Origin: a virus
Virus record (IMG/VR): IMGVR_UViG_3300034418_011550
Span: 1-64,000 of that record
Length of the DNA stretch: 64,000 nucleotides
Reading direction: 5' to 3' (one strand)
In this document: positions 29,001-37,750 of the stretch, piece after piece
Layout of the letters: every line of letters begins with the position of its first letter
Position numbering within the stretch: position 1 is the first letter of the stretch
Notes under the pieces: model-generated
Told to the model about the DNA's origin: nothing
Seen by the model: only the letters and a program-made list of their open reading frames with translations
The model's database searches: none
Program-made: the position numbers and the translations under genes

Positions 29001-32000
29001 CATCAGGAACATCTGGTTCTTCTGGAACATCTGGCTCAAGCGGAACTAGTGGTTCATCAGGTTCATCTGGCACTTCAGGTTCATCAGGTTCTAGTGGAAC
29101 TTCAGGTTCATCAGGTAGTTCAGGAACTAGTGGCTCAAGTGGAACAAGTGGTTCCTCAGGAACTAGCGGCTCATCAGGTTCATCAGGTACAAGCGGCTCA
29201 AGTGGCAGCTCAGGTACTTCAGGTATATCAGGTGTAAACGGTACATCTGGCTCAAGCGGAACAAGCGGTTCTTCAGGAACTAGCGGTTCATCAGGTTCTA
29301 GTGGTACTTCAGGAAGCTCTGGTTCTTCAGGAACTAGTGGTTCATCAGGTACTTCAGGCTCTTCAGGTTCATCAGGAACTAGTGGATCTAGTGGGACATC
29401 TGGTTCTTCAGGAACAAGTGGATCTTCTGGTTCATCAGGAACTAGCGGTAGTTCAGGTTCATCAGGAACTAGTGGTTCATCAGGCTCGTCAGGAACTAGT
29501 GGAATTTCAGGTATAAATGGTACTAGTGGTTCATCAGGAACTAGCGGTAGTTCAGGAACATCAGGTTCATCAGGTTCATCTGGAACAAGCGGTTCAAGCG
29601 GAAGTTCAGGTACATCTGGTTCATCAGGTACTTCAGGAAGTTCAGGTTCAAGTGGTTCATCAGGAACTAGCGGTTCATCAGGTTCATCAGGTACTAGCGG
29701 TTCTAGTGGAACTAGTGGTTCTTCAGGAACATCAGGTAGTTCCGGTTCATCAGGTACTTCAGGTTCATCTGGTTCCTCAGGTTCAAGTGGATCTTCAGGT
29801 TCATCTGGTTCAAGTGGTACATCAGGTAGCTCAGGTACTAGTGGTTCTTCTGGTTCATCAGGCACTTCAGGCTCATCGGGTTCAAGTGGAACTAGTGGTT
29901 CTTCAGGTTCAAGTGGCACTTCAGGTATAAGTGGTATAAATGGTACCTCTGGTTCATCAGGAACTAGTGGCTCATCAGGAACTTCTGGCTCAAGTGGTTC
30001 ATCAGGAACTAGCGGTAGTTCAGGTTCATCAGGAACTTCAGGAAGTTCAGGTACATCTGGTTCATCTGGTTCATCTGGTTCATCTGGTTCAAGCGGAACA
30101 AGCGGTTCTAGCGGTACTTCAGGATCAAGTGGTTCAAGCGGAACTTCAGGTTCATCTGGTTCTTCTGGTACAAGCGGAAGTAGTGGTACAAGTGGCTCGT
30201 CAGGAACAAGTGGAAGCTCAGGCTCATCAGGAAGTTCAGGTTCAAGCGGTTCATCAGGAACTTCAGGCTCGTCAGGAACAAGTGGAAGCTCAGGTACTTC
30301 AGGATCAAGTGGCTCATCAGGTACTAGTGGTTCATCAGGAAGCAGTGGTACTTCAGGTATAAGTGGTGTAAACGGAACTAGTGGTAGTTCTGGTTCATCA
30401 GGCACAAGCGGTAGTTCAGGTTCAAGTGGTTCAAGTGGAACAAGTGGTTCTTCTGGTTCTTCAGGTACTTCTGGTTCTTCAGGAACATCAGGTTCATCTG
30501 GCACTTCAGGCAGCTCAGGTTCAAGTGGTTCATCAGGAACAAGTGGCTCTTCAGGAAGCAGTGGTACTTCAGGGTCAAGTGGATCAAGCGGCACTTCAGG
30601 TAGTTCAGGTTCAAGTGGAACTAGCGGTTCATCAGGTAGTTCAGGCAGCTCAGGTAGTTCAGGTTCATCAGGAACAAGTGGTTCTTCTGGTTCATCAGGA
30701 ACAAGTGGTTCTTCAGGTTCATCAGGAACATCTGGCTCAAGTGGTTCATCAGGTAGCTCAGGCACTTCAGGTATAAGCGGTGTAAACGGAACTTCAGGTT
30801 CAAGTGGTTCAAGTGGAACAAGTGGTTCATCTGGCTCTTCAGGAACAAGTGGCTCTTCAGGTTCATCAGGAACTAGTGGCTCATCAGGTAGTTCTGGCTC
30901 ATCTGGTACTTCAGGTTCATCAGGTAGTTCAGGAACTAGTGGTTCATCTGGCACTAGTGGTTCATCAGGTTCTTCAGGAACTTCTGGCTCATCAGGCTCA
31001 TCTGGTTCATCTGGTACTTCAGGATCATCAGGTTCATCAGGTACTTCTGGTTCAAGTGGCTCATCAGGAACAAGTGGTTCTTCAGGTTCATCAGGAACTA
31101 GTGGTAGTTCAGGTTCAAGTGGTTCATCTGGCACATCTGGTAGTTCAGGGAGTTCAGGCACTTCAGGTTCAAGTGGCTCATCAGGAACTTCAGGTATATC
31201 AGGTGTAAATGGAACTAGCGGATCTTCAGGTTCATCAGGAACAAGTGGCTCAAGTGGTTCTAGTGGAACTAGTGGTTCATCAGGATCTAGTGGAACAAGC
31301 GGTAGTTCAGGTTCATCAGGAACTAGCGGCTCATCAGGTTCATCAGGAACATCAGGTAGTTCAGGTTCATCCGGAACAAGTGGTTCTTCAGGCACGTCTG
31401 GTTCTTCAGGAACTAGCGGTTCATCTGGAACATCTGGCTCATCAGGTTCATCAGGTACATCTGGCTCATCAGGTAGTTCTGGCTCATCTGGTACTTCAGG
31501 TTCATCAGGAACAAGTGGTTCATCAGGATCAAGCGGTACCTCAGGATCAAGTGGTTCATCAGGAACTAGCGGTTCTAGTGGCTCATCAGGTACATCCGGA
31601 AGCTCAGGCTCATCCGGCACATCAGGTATAAGCGGTGTTAATGGAACATCAGGTAGCTCAGGAACATCAGGTTCATCTGGTACTTCAGGTTCAAGCGGAA
31701 CTTCAGGTTCTTCAGGTTCATCTGGAACTAGTGGTAGCTCAGGTTCTTCAGGTACATCAGGTTCAAGTGGAACAAGTGGTTCAAGCGGAACAAGTGGTTC
31801 ATCTGGAAGTTCTGGAACAAGCGGTTCTTCTGGTTCAAGTGGAACATCAGGAAGTTCAGGTACATCAGGTTCTTCTGGTTCAAGCGGAACTTCAGGTTCA
31901 TCTGGCTCATCTGGAACTAGTGGTTCTTCTGGTTCAAGTGGTACTAGTGGTTCATCTGGAACAAGCGGTTCAAGTGGAACTTCAGGTTCAAGTGGTTCAT

Positions 32001-35000
32001 CAGGAACCAGTGGTAGTTCAGGTTCATCAGGAACTAGCGGCTCATCAGGTTCATCAGGAACATCAGGTAGTTCAGGTTCATCCGGAACAAGTGGTTCTTC
32101 AGGTTCATCAGGTACTAGTGGTTCATCTGGTTCATCTGGTTCAAGCGGAACTTCTGGTTCATCAGGTTCATCAGGTACTTCTGGTTCATCAGGAAGCAGT
32201 GGTACTTCAGGTATAAGCGGTGTTAATGGAACAAGTGGTTCAAGCGGTTCTTCAGGTTCATCAGGATCTTCAGGTACAAGCGGTTCATCAGGTTCAAGTG
32301 GCACAAGCGGTTCAAGTGGTAGTTCAGGTACAAGCGGTTCATCAGGTTCATCAGGGTCCTCAGGTACAAGTGGTTCATCCGGCTCATCAGGAACATCAGG
32401 TTCTTCAGGAACATCTGGTAGTTCAGGTTCTTCAGGAACTAGTGGTTCATCTGGCTCATCTGGCTCATCAGGTACTAGTGGCTCATCAGGCTCATCTGGT
32501 ACTTCAGGTTCTTCAGGCACTAGTGGTTCAAGTGGTTCATCAGGTACATCAGGTAGTTCTGGCAGCTCAGGAACTTCTGGCTCATCAGGCTCATCTGGAA
32601 CTTCTGGCTCATCAGGTAGCAGTGGTACTTCAGGTATAAGCGGTGTAAACGGAACTTCTGGTTCATCAGGTTCATCAGGAACTTCAGGTTCATCAGGGTC
32701 CTCAGGTACAAGTGGTTCATCTGGTTCTTCAGGCACCTCTGGTTCTTCTGGCTCATCTGGAACTTCTGGTTCATCAGGATCTAGTGGTACTAGCGGTTCA
32801 AGTGGTTCTTCAGGAACTAGTGGTTCATCTGGTTCATCTGGTTCAAGTGGTACATCAGGTTCTTCAGGTTCTTCAGGTACAAGTGGATCAAGTGGAACCT
32901 CAGGCAGCTCAGGTTCATCAGGAACTTCAGGATCATCAGGCAGTTCAGGTTCAAGTGGAACAAGCGGAAGTTCAGGATCTTCAGGTACTTCAGGTTCATC
33001 TGGCTCATCTGGATCAAGTGGAACTTCAGGTTCATCAGGATCTTCAGGTACAAGTGGCTCATCAGGAACTAGTGGAAGTTCAGGTTCATCAGGTACTTCT
33101 GGTTCTAGTGGTTCTAGCGGCTCAAGCGGAACAAGTGGTTCAAGCGGTAGTTCAGGTACCTCAGGCTCATCTGGTTCTTCAGGTACATCAGGTATAAGTG
33201 GTGTTAATGGAACTAGCGGTTCATCTGGATCAAGTGGAACATCAGGTTCAAGTGGTTCATCAGGAACAAGTGGTTCAAGTGGTTCTTCTGGGACAAGTGG
33301 TTCAAGCGGAACATCAGGTAGCTCAGGTTCTTCAGGTACAAGTGGATCAAGTGGAACCTCAGGCAGCTCAGGTTCATCAGGAACTTCAGGATCATCAGGC
33401 AGTTCAGGTTCAAGTGGAACAAGCGGAAGTTCAGGTACTTCAGGAAGTTCTGGTTCTTCAGGTACAAGCGGTTCATCTGGTACTTCAGGTTCAAGTGGAA
33501 CTAGTGGTTCATCTGGTTCATCAGGATCATCTGGTTCTTCAGGAACTTCTGGCTCTTCAGGAACTAGTGGTTCATCAGGAACATCAGGTTCAAGTGGTTC
33601 ATCAGGTACATCAGGCAGCTCAGGTAGCTCAGGTACATCAGGCATATCAGGTGTAAATGGAACAAGCGGTTCATCAGGAACTTCAGGTTCTAGTGGTTCA
33701 TCAGGAACAAGCGGTTCATCAGGAACTTCAGGTTCATCTGGAACAAGTGGTAGTTCAGGTTCAAGTGGAACATCAGGCAGCTCAGGTTCAAGCGGAACTA
33801 GTGGTTCAAGCGGTTCATCAGGCACTTCAGGTTCATCTGGATCTAGTGGAACAAGTGGTTCAAGTGGTACTTCAGGTTCATCAGGCACTTCAGGTTCATC
33901 TGGTTCATCAGGTACTAGTGGTTCAAGCGGTTCATCAGGAACAAGCGGTTCAAGCGGTACTTCAGGTAGTTCAGGTACTTCAGGATCATCTGGCTCAAGT
34001 GGTACTTCAGGTTCATCTGGTTCAAGCGGAACTAGTGGTTCATCAGGTTCATCAGGTACTTCAGGATCTTCAGGATCTTCAGGTACTTCAGGTATAAGTG
34101 GTGTTAATGGTACTTCTGGTTCCTCAGGAACTAGCGGTTCATCAGGCACTTCAGGTTCAAGTGGTTCATCAGGAACTAGTGGATCAAGTGGTTCTAGCGG
34201 GACAAGTGGTTCAAGCGGTTCATCTGGAACATCAGGTTCTTCTGGTTCCTCAGGAACTAGTGGCTCAAGCGGTACTAGTGGAAGCTCAGGCTCATCAGGA
34301 ACATCTGGTAGTTCTGGTAGTTCAGGTACTAGTGGTAGTTCTGGTACTTCAGGTTCAAGCGGAACTAGTGGTTCATCAGGTTCATCAGGAACTTCTGGCT
34401 CATCTGGTTCATCAGGAATATCAGGAAGTTCAGGAACATCTGGCTCAAGCGGCTCATCAGGAACTAGTGGTTCTTCAGGTTCAAGTGGAACTAGTGGTTC
34501 TAGTGGAACTTCAGGTTCTTCAGGAACAAGTGGTTCTAGTGGCACTTCAGGTTCAAGTGGCTCATCAGGAACTTCTGGATCAAGCGGTTCATCAGGTACA
34601 TCAGGCTCAAGTGGCTCAAGTGGTTCAAGTGGTACTTCAGGAAGCTCAGGTTCAAGCGGAACAAGCGGCTCATCAGGAACTAGTGGTTCATCTGGCTCAA
34701 GTGGAACATCAGGTTCATCAGGAACAAGCGGCTCATCAGGAACAAGTGGAAGCTCTGGAACATCAGGTTCTAGTGGCTCATCAGGTACAAGTGGCTCATC
34801 AGGTAGCTCAGGTACCTCAGGTATATCAGGTGTAAATGGTACTTCAGGTTCTTCAGGAACTAGCGGAAGTTCAGGAACATCTGGCTCATCAGGCTCATCT
34901 GGTACTTCAGGTTCAAGTGGTTCATCAGGAACTAGTGGAAGCTCAGGTACTTCAGGTTCTTCAGGTACATCAGGCTCTTCTGGAACATCAGGTTCTAGTG

Positions 35001-37738
35001 GAAGTAGTGGTACTAGTGGTTCTTCAGGTTCATCAGGTACTTCAGGTTCTTCAGGTACATCAGGCTCTTCTGGAACATCAGGTTCTAGTGGAAGTAGTGG
35101 TACTAGTGGTTCTTCAGGTTCATCAGGTACTTCAGGATCATCAGGTACATCAGGCTCATCTGGAACTTCAGGTAGTAGTGGTTCATCTGGTACTTCAGGT
35201 TCAAGCGGTTCTTCAGGAACTAGTGGAAGTTCAGGTACTTCAGGTTCATCAGGAACTTCTGGTTCATCAGGTTCATCAGGAACTTCTGGTTCATCAGGTT
35301 CATCAGGAACTAGTGGATCAAGTGGTTCATCTGGTACCTCTGGTTCAAGTGGAACAAGTGGTTCATCAGGTTCATCAGGTACAAGCGGCTCATCAGGTAG
35401 CAGTGGTACTTCAGGTATAAGTGGAGTTAACGGAACTTCAGGTTCTAGTGGTACTTCAGGCTCATCAGGAACATCAGGTTCATCTGGATCAAGTGGCACT
35501 TCAGGTTCATCAGGTTCATCTGGAACCTCAGGTTCTAGTGGTACTTCTGGCTCATCAGGAACCTCAGGTTCAAGTGGAAGTTCAGGAACATCTGGTTCAT
35601 CTGGATCAAGTGGCACTTCAGGTAGCTCAGGTTCAAGTGGTTCTTCAGGTTCATCTGGAACTAGTGGCTCAAGTGGAACTAGTGGTTCATCAGGAACAAG
35701 TGGATCTTCAGGTTCAAGTGGGACAAGTGGCTCATCCGGTTCTTCAGGTACTTCTGGAAGTTCAGGAACATCTGGTTCAAGTGGTTCATCAGGTACTTCA
35801 GGTTCATCAGGTAGCTCAGGTTCATCTGGAACTTCAGGCTCATCAGGTACTTCAGGTTCTTCAGGAACTAGTGGTTCATCTGGTTCAAGTGGTACCTCAG
35901 GTAGCTCAGGTTCATCAGGAACCTCAGGTTCATCTGGAACAAGTGGTTCAAGTGGAACTTCAGGCTCATCAGGCTCATCAGGTACAAGCGGCTCAAGTGG
36001 TAGCTCAGGTACTTCAGGTATATCAGGTGTAAATGGAACAAGCGGTTCATCAGGAACTAGTGGAAGTTCAGGTACATCTGGTTCATCAGGTTCTTCAGGT
36101 ACAAGTGGTTCATCAGGTTCATCAGGAACTAGTGGCTCATCTGGTACTTCAGGTTCATCAGGAACTAGCGGTAGTTCAGGAACATCAGGTTCTTCAGGTT
36201 CAAGTGGTACTTCAGGTAGCTCAGGCTCAAGCGGAACTAGTGGTTCCTCTGGTTCAAGTGGTACCTCAGGTTCTTCTGGATCTAGTGGAACTAGTGGTTC
36301 AAGTGGTTCATCAGGAACAAGCGGTTCTTCAGGTTCTAGCGGCACATCAGGTTCAAGTGGTTCCTCTGGAACAAGCGGTTCATCAGGTTCAAGCGGAACC
36401 TCCGGCTCATCTGGAACTTCAGGTTCATCAGGTACTTCTGGTTCAAGTGGTACTTCAGGCTCATCAGGCTCATCGGGTACTTCAGGTAGTTCAGGATCAA
36501 GTGGAACCAGTGGCTCTTCAGGAACTAGTGGTAGCTCAGGCTCTTCAGGAACTTCAGGTAGCTCAGGTTCATCTGGAACTTCAGGCTCATCTGGAACTTC
36601 AGGATCAAGTGGAACTTCAGGTTCATCTGGTTCATCAGGTACAAGTGGTTCAAGTGGTTCATCAGGAACGTCAGGTTCATCTGGTTCTTCTGGAACTTCT
36701 GGATCAAGCGGAACATCAGGCTCATCCGGTACAAGCGGCTCAAGTGGTAGCTCAGGTACTTCAGGTATAAGTGGAGTTAATGGAACATCAGGTTCTTCAG
36801 GAACTAGTGGTTCAAGTGGTACTTCAGGAAGCTCAGGTTCAAGCGGAACAAGCGGCTCATCAGGAACTAGTGGTTCATCTGGCTCAAGTGGAACAAGTGG
36901 TACAACTACTATAACTAATAACATAGATGATCGTGTATTAACAGCTACAGGTACAGCTACTATTAATGGTGAATCTAATCTAACATTTGATGGTAGTACA
37001 TTAGGAGTAATAGGCACAGTCGGAATCGGTACAGATAGTCCACTGTATCAACTCCATGTATCAAGTAGTACTGCTGCTTTAGGAGTATATGAAAGAGCAG
37101 GAGGAGCTGCCTTATATTTAGAAGGTCAGTTAACTCGAGGTGTATTAGGTACTGTAAGTACACATCCATTACTAATTGCATACAATAGTGTTGAAGTAGC
37201 AAGATTTACAGGAACATCATTTGATGTAACTGGATCTTTAAATGTAGGAACTGGAACTGATATAAACTTAATTGGAGGAGGAAATTTAGAAACCAACGGA
37301 GGAAATGTAAATACAACTGGAGGAAGTATTAACATCGGAGGAGGAGCTGTAAACGGTACAACCCCAGGATCTTCAGTCAATGTTGATGTTATTAATGCCA
37401 ATATTAAAAACTTTGATATTACTCATCCATCTAAAGGCGAACCTCATAGATTAAGATACTCAGTACTTGAAGGTCCAGAAATTGGTGTATATGTTAGAGG
37501 TAGATTAACTAATAACAATATAATTGAATTACCATATTATTGGGTTGACTTAGTACATGAAGATTCTATAACAGTAACTTTAACACCAATTGGTAAACAT
37601 CAAAACCTATATGTAATATCTGCAAACCCAGAAAAAGTGGTAGTAGGAATTGAAGAAGGAACAATTGATTGTTACTATGTAATATATGGAGAAAGAAAAG
37701 ATGTAGACAAATTAACAATTGAATACATTAAAGAATAA
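26069..37738 (+). CDS. Giant Gly-Ser/Thr-Ser repeat fibre protein (3,889 aa)
   Basis: N-terminal virion module, two Gly-X-Y blocks, an internal beta domain, beta-stranded C-region and terminal IKNFDITHP...LEGPE...YGERKD intramolecular-chaperone-like domain. Confidence 0.8.
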   Translation: MAKVRYLDQVPVGVYNTAGSGGTGAIDIYYTGSLIKASAPFINFTGSAEAFTEVISGTEGVTVYISGSGVGFPFSGSAVITGSLVISGSAEPIIIQTLPYEASPSYVVTYVPASGVLEYSDMPSDGTSGSSGSSGTSGSSGSSGTSGSSGSSGTSGSSGTSGSSGTSGSSGSSGTSGSSGSSGSSGTSGSSGSSGTSGSSGSSGSSGTSGSSGSSGTSGSSGTSGSSGTSGSSGTSGSSGTSGSSGTSGSSGSSGTSGSSGSSGSSGSSGSSGTSGSSGSSGTSGSSGSSGSSGSSGTSGSSGSSGTSGSSGSSGTSGVSGISSGLVYYYDGPTASQTVPITSLITDDLILFPNTGSQTTISTTSFDPADGDTEIVQYVTPSASLATTVIVPGLWVNNLFAQRTAGTGTLVYWIVIDEMQSNGTTLIANIASGNAGSGTPITNTQNNYIYSLYVPSYVLASVNSRIRVSVYANTTGNNTAFDIEMRDNTLSNIVTTLAANIAGTSGTSGSSGSSGTSGSSGSSGTSGSSGSSGTSGSSGSSGTSGSSGSSGTSGSSGSSGTSGIDGTSGSSGSSGTSGSSGSSGTSGSSGTSGSSGSSGTSGSSGSSGTSGSSGSSGTSGSSGTSGSSGTSGSSGSSGTSGSSGSSGTSGSSGSSGTSGSSGSSGTSGSSGTSGSSGSSGTSGSSGSSGSSGTSGSSGSSGTSGSSGTSGSSGTSGSSGTSGSSGSSGTSGSSGTSGSSGSSGTSGSSGSSGTSGSSGSSGTSGISGVNGTSGSSGTSGSSGTSGSSGSSGTSGSSGTSGSSGSSGTSGSSGTSGSSGSSGTSGSSGSSGSSGTSGSSGSSGTSGSSGSSGTSGISGVNGTSGSSGTSGSSGTSGSSGSSGTSGVDGTSGSSGTSGSSGSSGTSGSSGTSGSSGTSGSSGSSGTSGSSGSSGTSGSSGTSGSSGTSGSSGSSGTSGISGVNGTSGSSGSSGTSGSSGSSGTSGSSGTSGSSGTSGSSGSSGTSGSSGSSGTSGSSGSSGTSGSSGTSGSSGTSGSSGSSGTSGSSGSSGTSGISGVNGTSGSSGTSGSSGTSGSSGSSGTSGSSGSSGTSGSSGTSGSSGSSGTSGSSGTSGSSGTSGSSGSSGTSGSSGSSGTSGSSGSSGTSGISGINGTSGSSGTSGSSGTSGSSGSSGTSGSSGSSGTSGSSGTSGSSGSSGSSGTSGSSGSSGTSGSSGTSGSSGTSGSSGSSGTSGSSGSSGSSGSSGSSGSSGTSGSSGTSGSSGSSGTSGSSGSSGTSGSSGSSGTSGISGINGTSGSSGTSGSSGTSGSSGSSGTSGSSGSSGTSGSSGTSGSSGSSGSSGSSGTSGSSGTSGSSGSSGTSGSSGSSGTSGSSGTSGSSGTSGSSGSSGSSGSSGSSGTSGSSGTSGSSGTSGSSGSSGTSGSSGSSGTSGISGVNGTSGSSGSSGTSGSSGSSGSSGTSGSSGSSGTSGSSGTSGSSGTSGSSGSSGSSGTSGSSGSSGTSGSSGSSGTSGSSGSSGTSGSSGSSGSSGSSGSSGTSGSSGSSGTSGSSGSSGTSGSSGSSGSSGTSGISGVNGTSGSSGSSGTSGSSGSSGTSGSSGSSGTSGSSGSSGSSGTSGSSGSSGTSGSSGTSGSSGSSGTSGSSGSSGSSGTSGSSGSSGTSGSSGSSGTSGSSGSSGTSGSSGSSGSSGTSGSSGSSGTSGSSGSSGTSGISGVNGTSGSSGSSGTSGSSGSSGTSGSSGSSGTSGSSGSSGTSGSSGSSGTSGSSGSSGTSGSSGTSGSSGTSGSSGTSGSSGSSGTSGSSGSSGSSGTSGSSGTSGSSGSSGTSGSSGSSGTSGSSGSSGTSGSSGSSGTSGISGVNGTSGSSGTSGSSGTSGSSGTSGSSGSSGTSGSSGSSGTSGSSGTSGSSGTSGSSGSSGTSGSSGSSGTSGSSGTSGSSGSSGTSGSSGSSGTSGSSGSSGTSGSSGTSGSSGTSGSSGSSGTSGSSGSSGTSGSSGSSGTSGSSGSSGTSGSSGSSGTSGSSGSSGSSGTSGSSGSSGTSGSSGSSGTSGISGVNGTSGSSGSSGSSGSSGTSGSSGSSGTSGSSGSSGTSGSSGSSGSSGTSGSSGSSGTSGSSGTSGSSGSSGTSGSSGSSGSSGTSGSSGSSGTSGSSGTSGSSGSSGTSGSSGSSGTSGSSGSSGTSGSSGSSGTSGISGVNGTSGSSGSSGTSGSSGSSGTSGSSGSSGTSGSSGSSGTSGSSGSSGTSGSSGSSGTSGSSGSSGSSGTSGSSGSSGTSGSSGTSGSSGSSGTSGSSGSSGSSGTSGSSGSSGTSGSSGSSGSSGTSGSSGSSGTSGSSGTSGSSGSSGTSGSSGSSGSSGTSGSSGSSGTSGSSGSSGTSGISGVNGTSGSSGSSGTSGSSGSSGTSGSSGSSGTSGSSGTSGSSGSSGTSGSSGTSGSSGSSGTSGSSGSSGSSGTSGSSGTSGSSGSSGTSGSSGTSGSSGTSGSSGSSGSSGSSGTSGSSGTSGSSGTSGSSGSSGTSGSSGSSGTSGISGVNGTSGSSGTSGSSGSSGTSGSSGTSGSSGTSGSSGSSGTSGSSGSSGTSGSSGSSGTSGSSGSSGTSGSSGTSGSSGTSGSSGSSGTSGSSGSSGTSGSSGTSGSSGTSGSSGSSGTSGSSGSSGTSGSSGSSGTSGSSGSSGTSGISGVNGTSGSSGTSGSSGTSGSSGSSGTSGSSGSSGTSGSSGSSGTSGSSGSSGTSGSSGTSGSSGSSGTSGSSGSSGTSGSSGTSGSSGTSGSSGSSGTSGSSGSSGISGSSGTSGSSGSSGTSGSSGSSGTSGSSGTSGSSGTSGSSGTSGSSGSSGTSGSSGSSGTSGSSGSSGSSGTSGSSGSSGTSGSSGTSGSSGSSGTSGSSGTSGSSGTSGSSGTSGSSGSSGTSGSSGSSGTSGISGVNGTSGSSGTSGSSGTSGSSGSSGTSGSSGSSGTSGSSGTSGSSGTSGSSGTSGSSGSSGTSGSSGSSGTSGSSGTSGSSGTSGSSGSSGTSGSSGSSGTSGSSGTSGSSGTSGSSGSSGTSGSSGSSGTSGSSGTSGSSGTSGSSGSSGTSGSSGSSGTSGSSGSSGTSGSSGTSGSSGSSGTSGSSGSSGTSGISGVNGTSGSSGTSGSSGTSGSSGSSGTSGSSGSSGTSGSSGTSGSSGTSGSSGSSGTSGSSGSSGTSGSSGSSGSSGSSGTSGSSGTSGSSGTSGSSGSSGTSGSSGSSGTSGSSGTSGSSGSSGTSGSSGSSGSSGTSGSSGTSGSSGTSGSSGSSGTSGSSGSSGTSGSSGTSGSSGTSGSSGSSGTSGSSGSSGTSGISGVNGTSGSSGTSGSSGTSGSSGSSGTSGSSGSSGTSGSSGTSGSSGTSGSSGTSGSSGSSGTSGSSGSSGTSGSSGSSGTSGSSGSSGTSGSSGSSGTSGSSGSSGTSGSSGSSGTSGSSGSSGTSGSSGTSGSSGTSGSSGTSGSSGSSGTSGSSGSSGTSGSSGTSGSSGSSGTSGSSGSSGTSGSSGTSGSSGTSGSSGSSGTSGSSGSSGTSGSSGSSGTSGSSGTSGSSGTSGSSGSSGTSGISGVNGTSGSSGTSGSSGTSGSSGSSGTSGSSGTSGSSGSSGTSGTTTITNNIDDRVLTATGTATINGESNLTFDGSTLGVIGTVGIGTDSPLYQLHVSSSTAALGVYERAGGAALYLEGQLTRGVLGTVSTHPLLIAYNSVEVARFTGTSFDVTGSLNVGTGTDINLIGGGNLETNGGNVNTTGGSINIGGGAVNGTTPGSSVNVDVINANIKNFDITHPSKGEPHRLRYSVLEGPEIGVYVRGRLTNNNIIELPYYWVDLVHEDSITVTLTPIGKHQNLYVISANPEKVVVGIEEGTIDCYYVIYGERKDVDKLTIEYIKE
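26444..27037 (+). repeat. Gly-X-Y block 1 (66 GSS/GTS triplets)
   Basis: 594 nt of degenerate 9-nt units. Confidence 0.9.
27575..36907 (+). repeat. Gly-X-Y block 2 (about 1,036 GSS/GTS triplets, punctuated by GISG(V/I)NGT)
   Basis: Gly codons at 27575 and 36899 are 9,324 nt (1,036 x 9) apart and all punctuation marks fall in register. Confidence 0.9.
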
Positions 37739-37746
37739 TATTTATT
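37737..37746 (+). promoter_or_regulatory. Putative late promoter
   Basis: AATATTTATT 4 nt before ATG 37751. Confidence 0.6.
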
Positions 37747-37750
37747 ATAA

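Noticed and set aside
26444-36907. CRISPR array or DNA satellite
   Set aside because: No constant repeat with unique spacers; variation is synonymous and in frame, so the repeat is protein-level.
27478-37017. 3,179-aa minus-strand P/E/D/L/V ORF
   Set aside because: Shadow of the repeat: antisense codons derive from xGG, xTC, xAG and xAC, giving Pro, Asp/Glu, Leu and Val and never a stop. No promoter or terminal domains.
26353-37401. Many VHQV/LVLQ-type plus-strand and MNLK-type minus-strand ORFs
   Set aside because: Alternative-frame readings of the 9-nt degenerate repeat.
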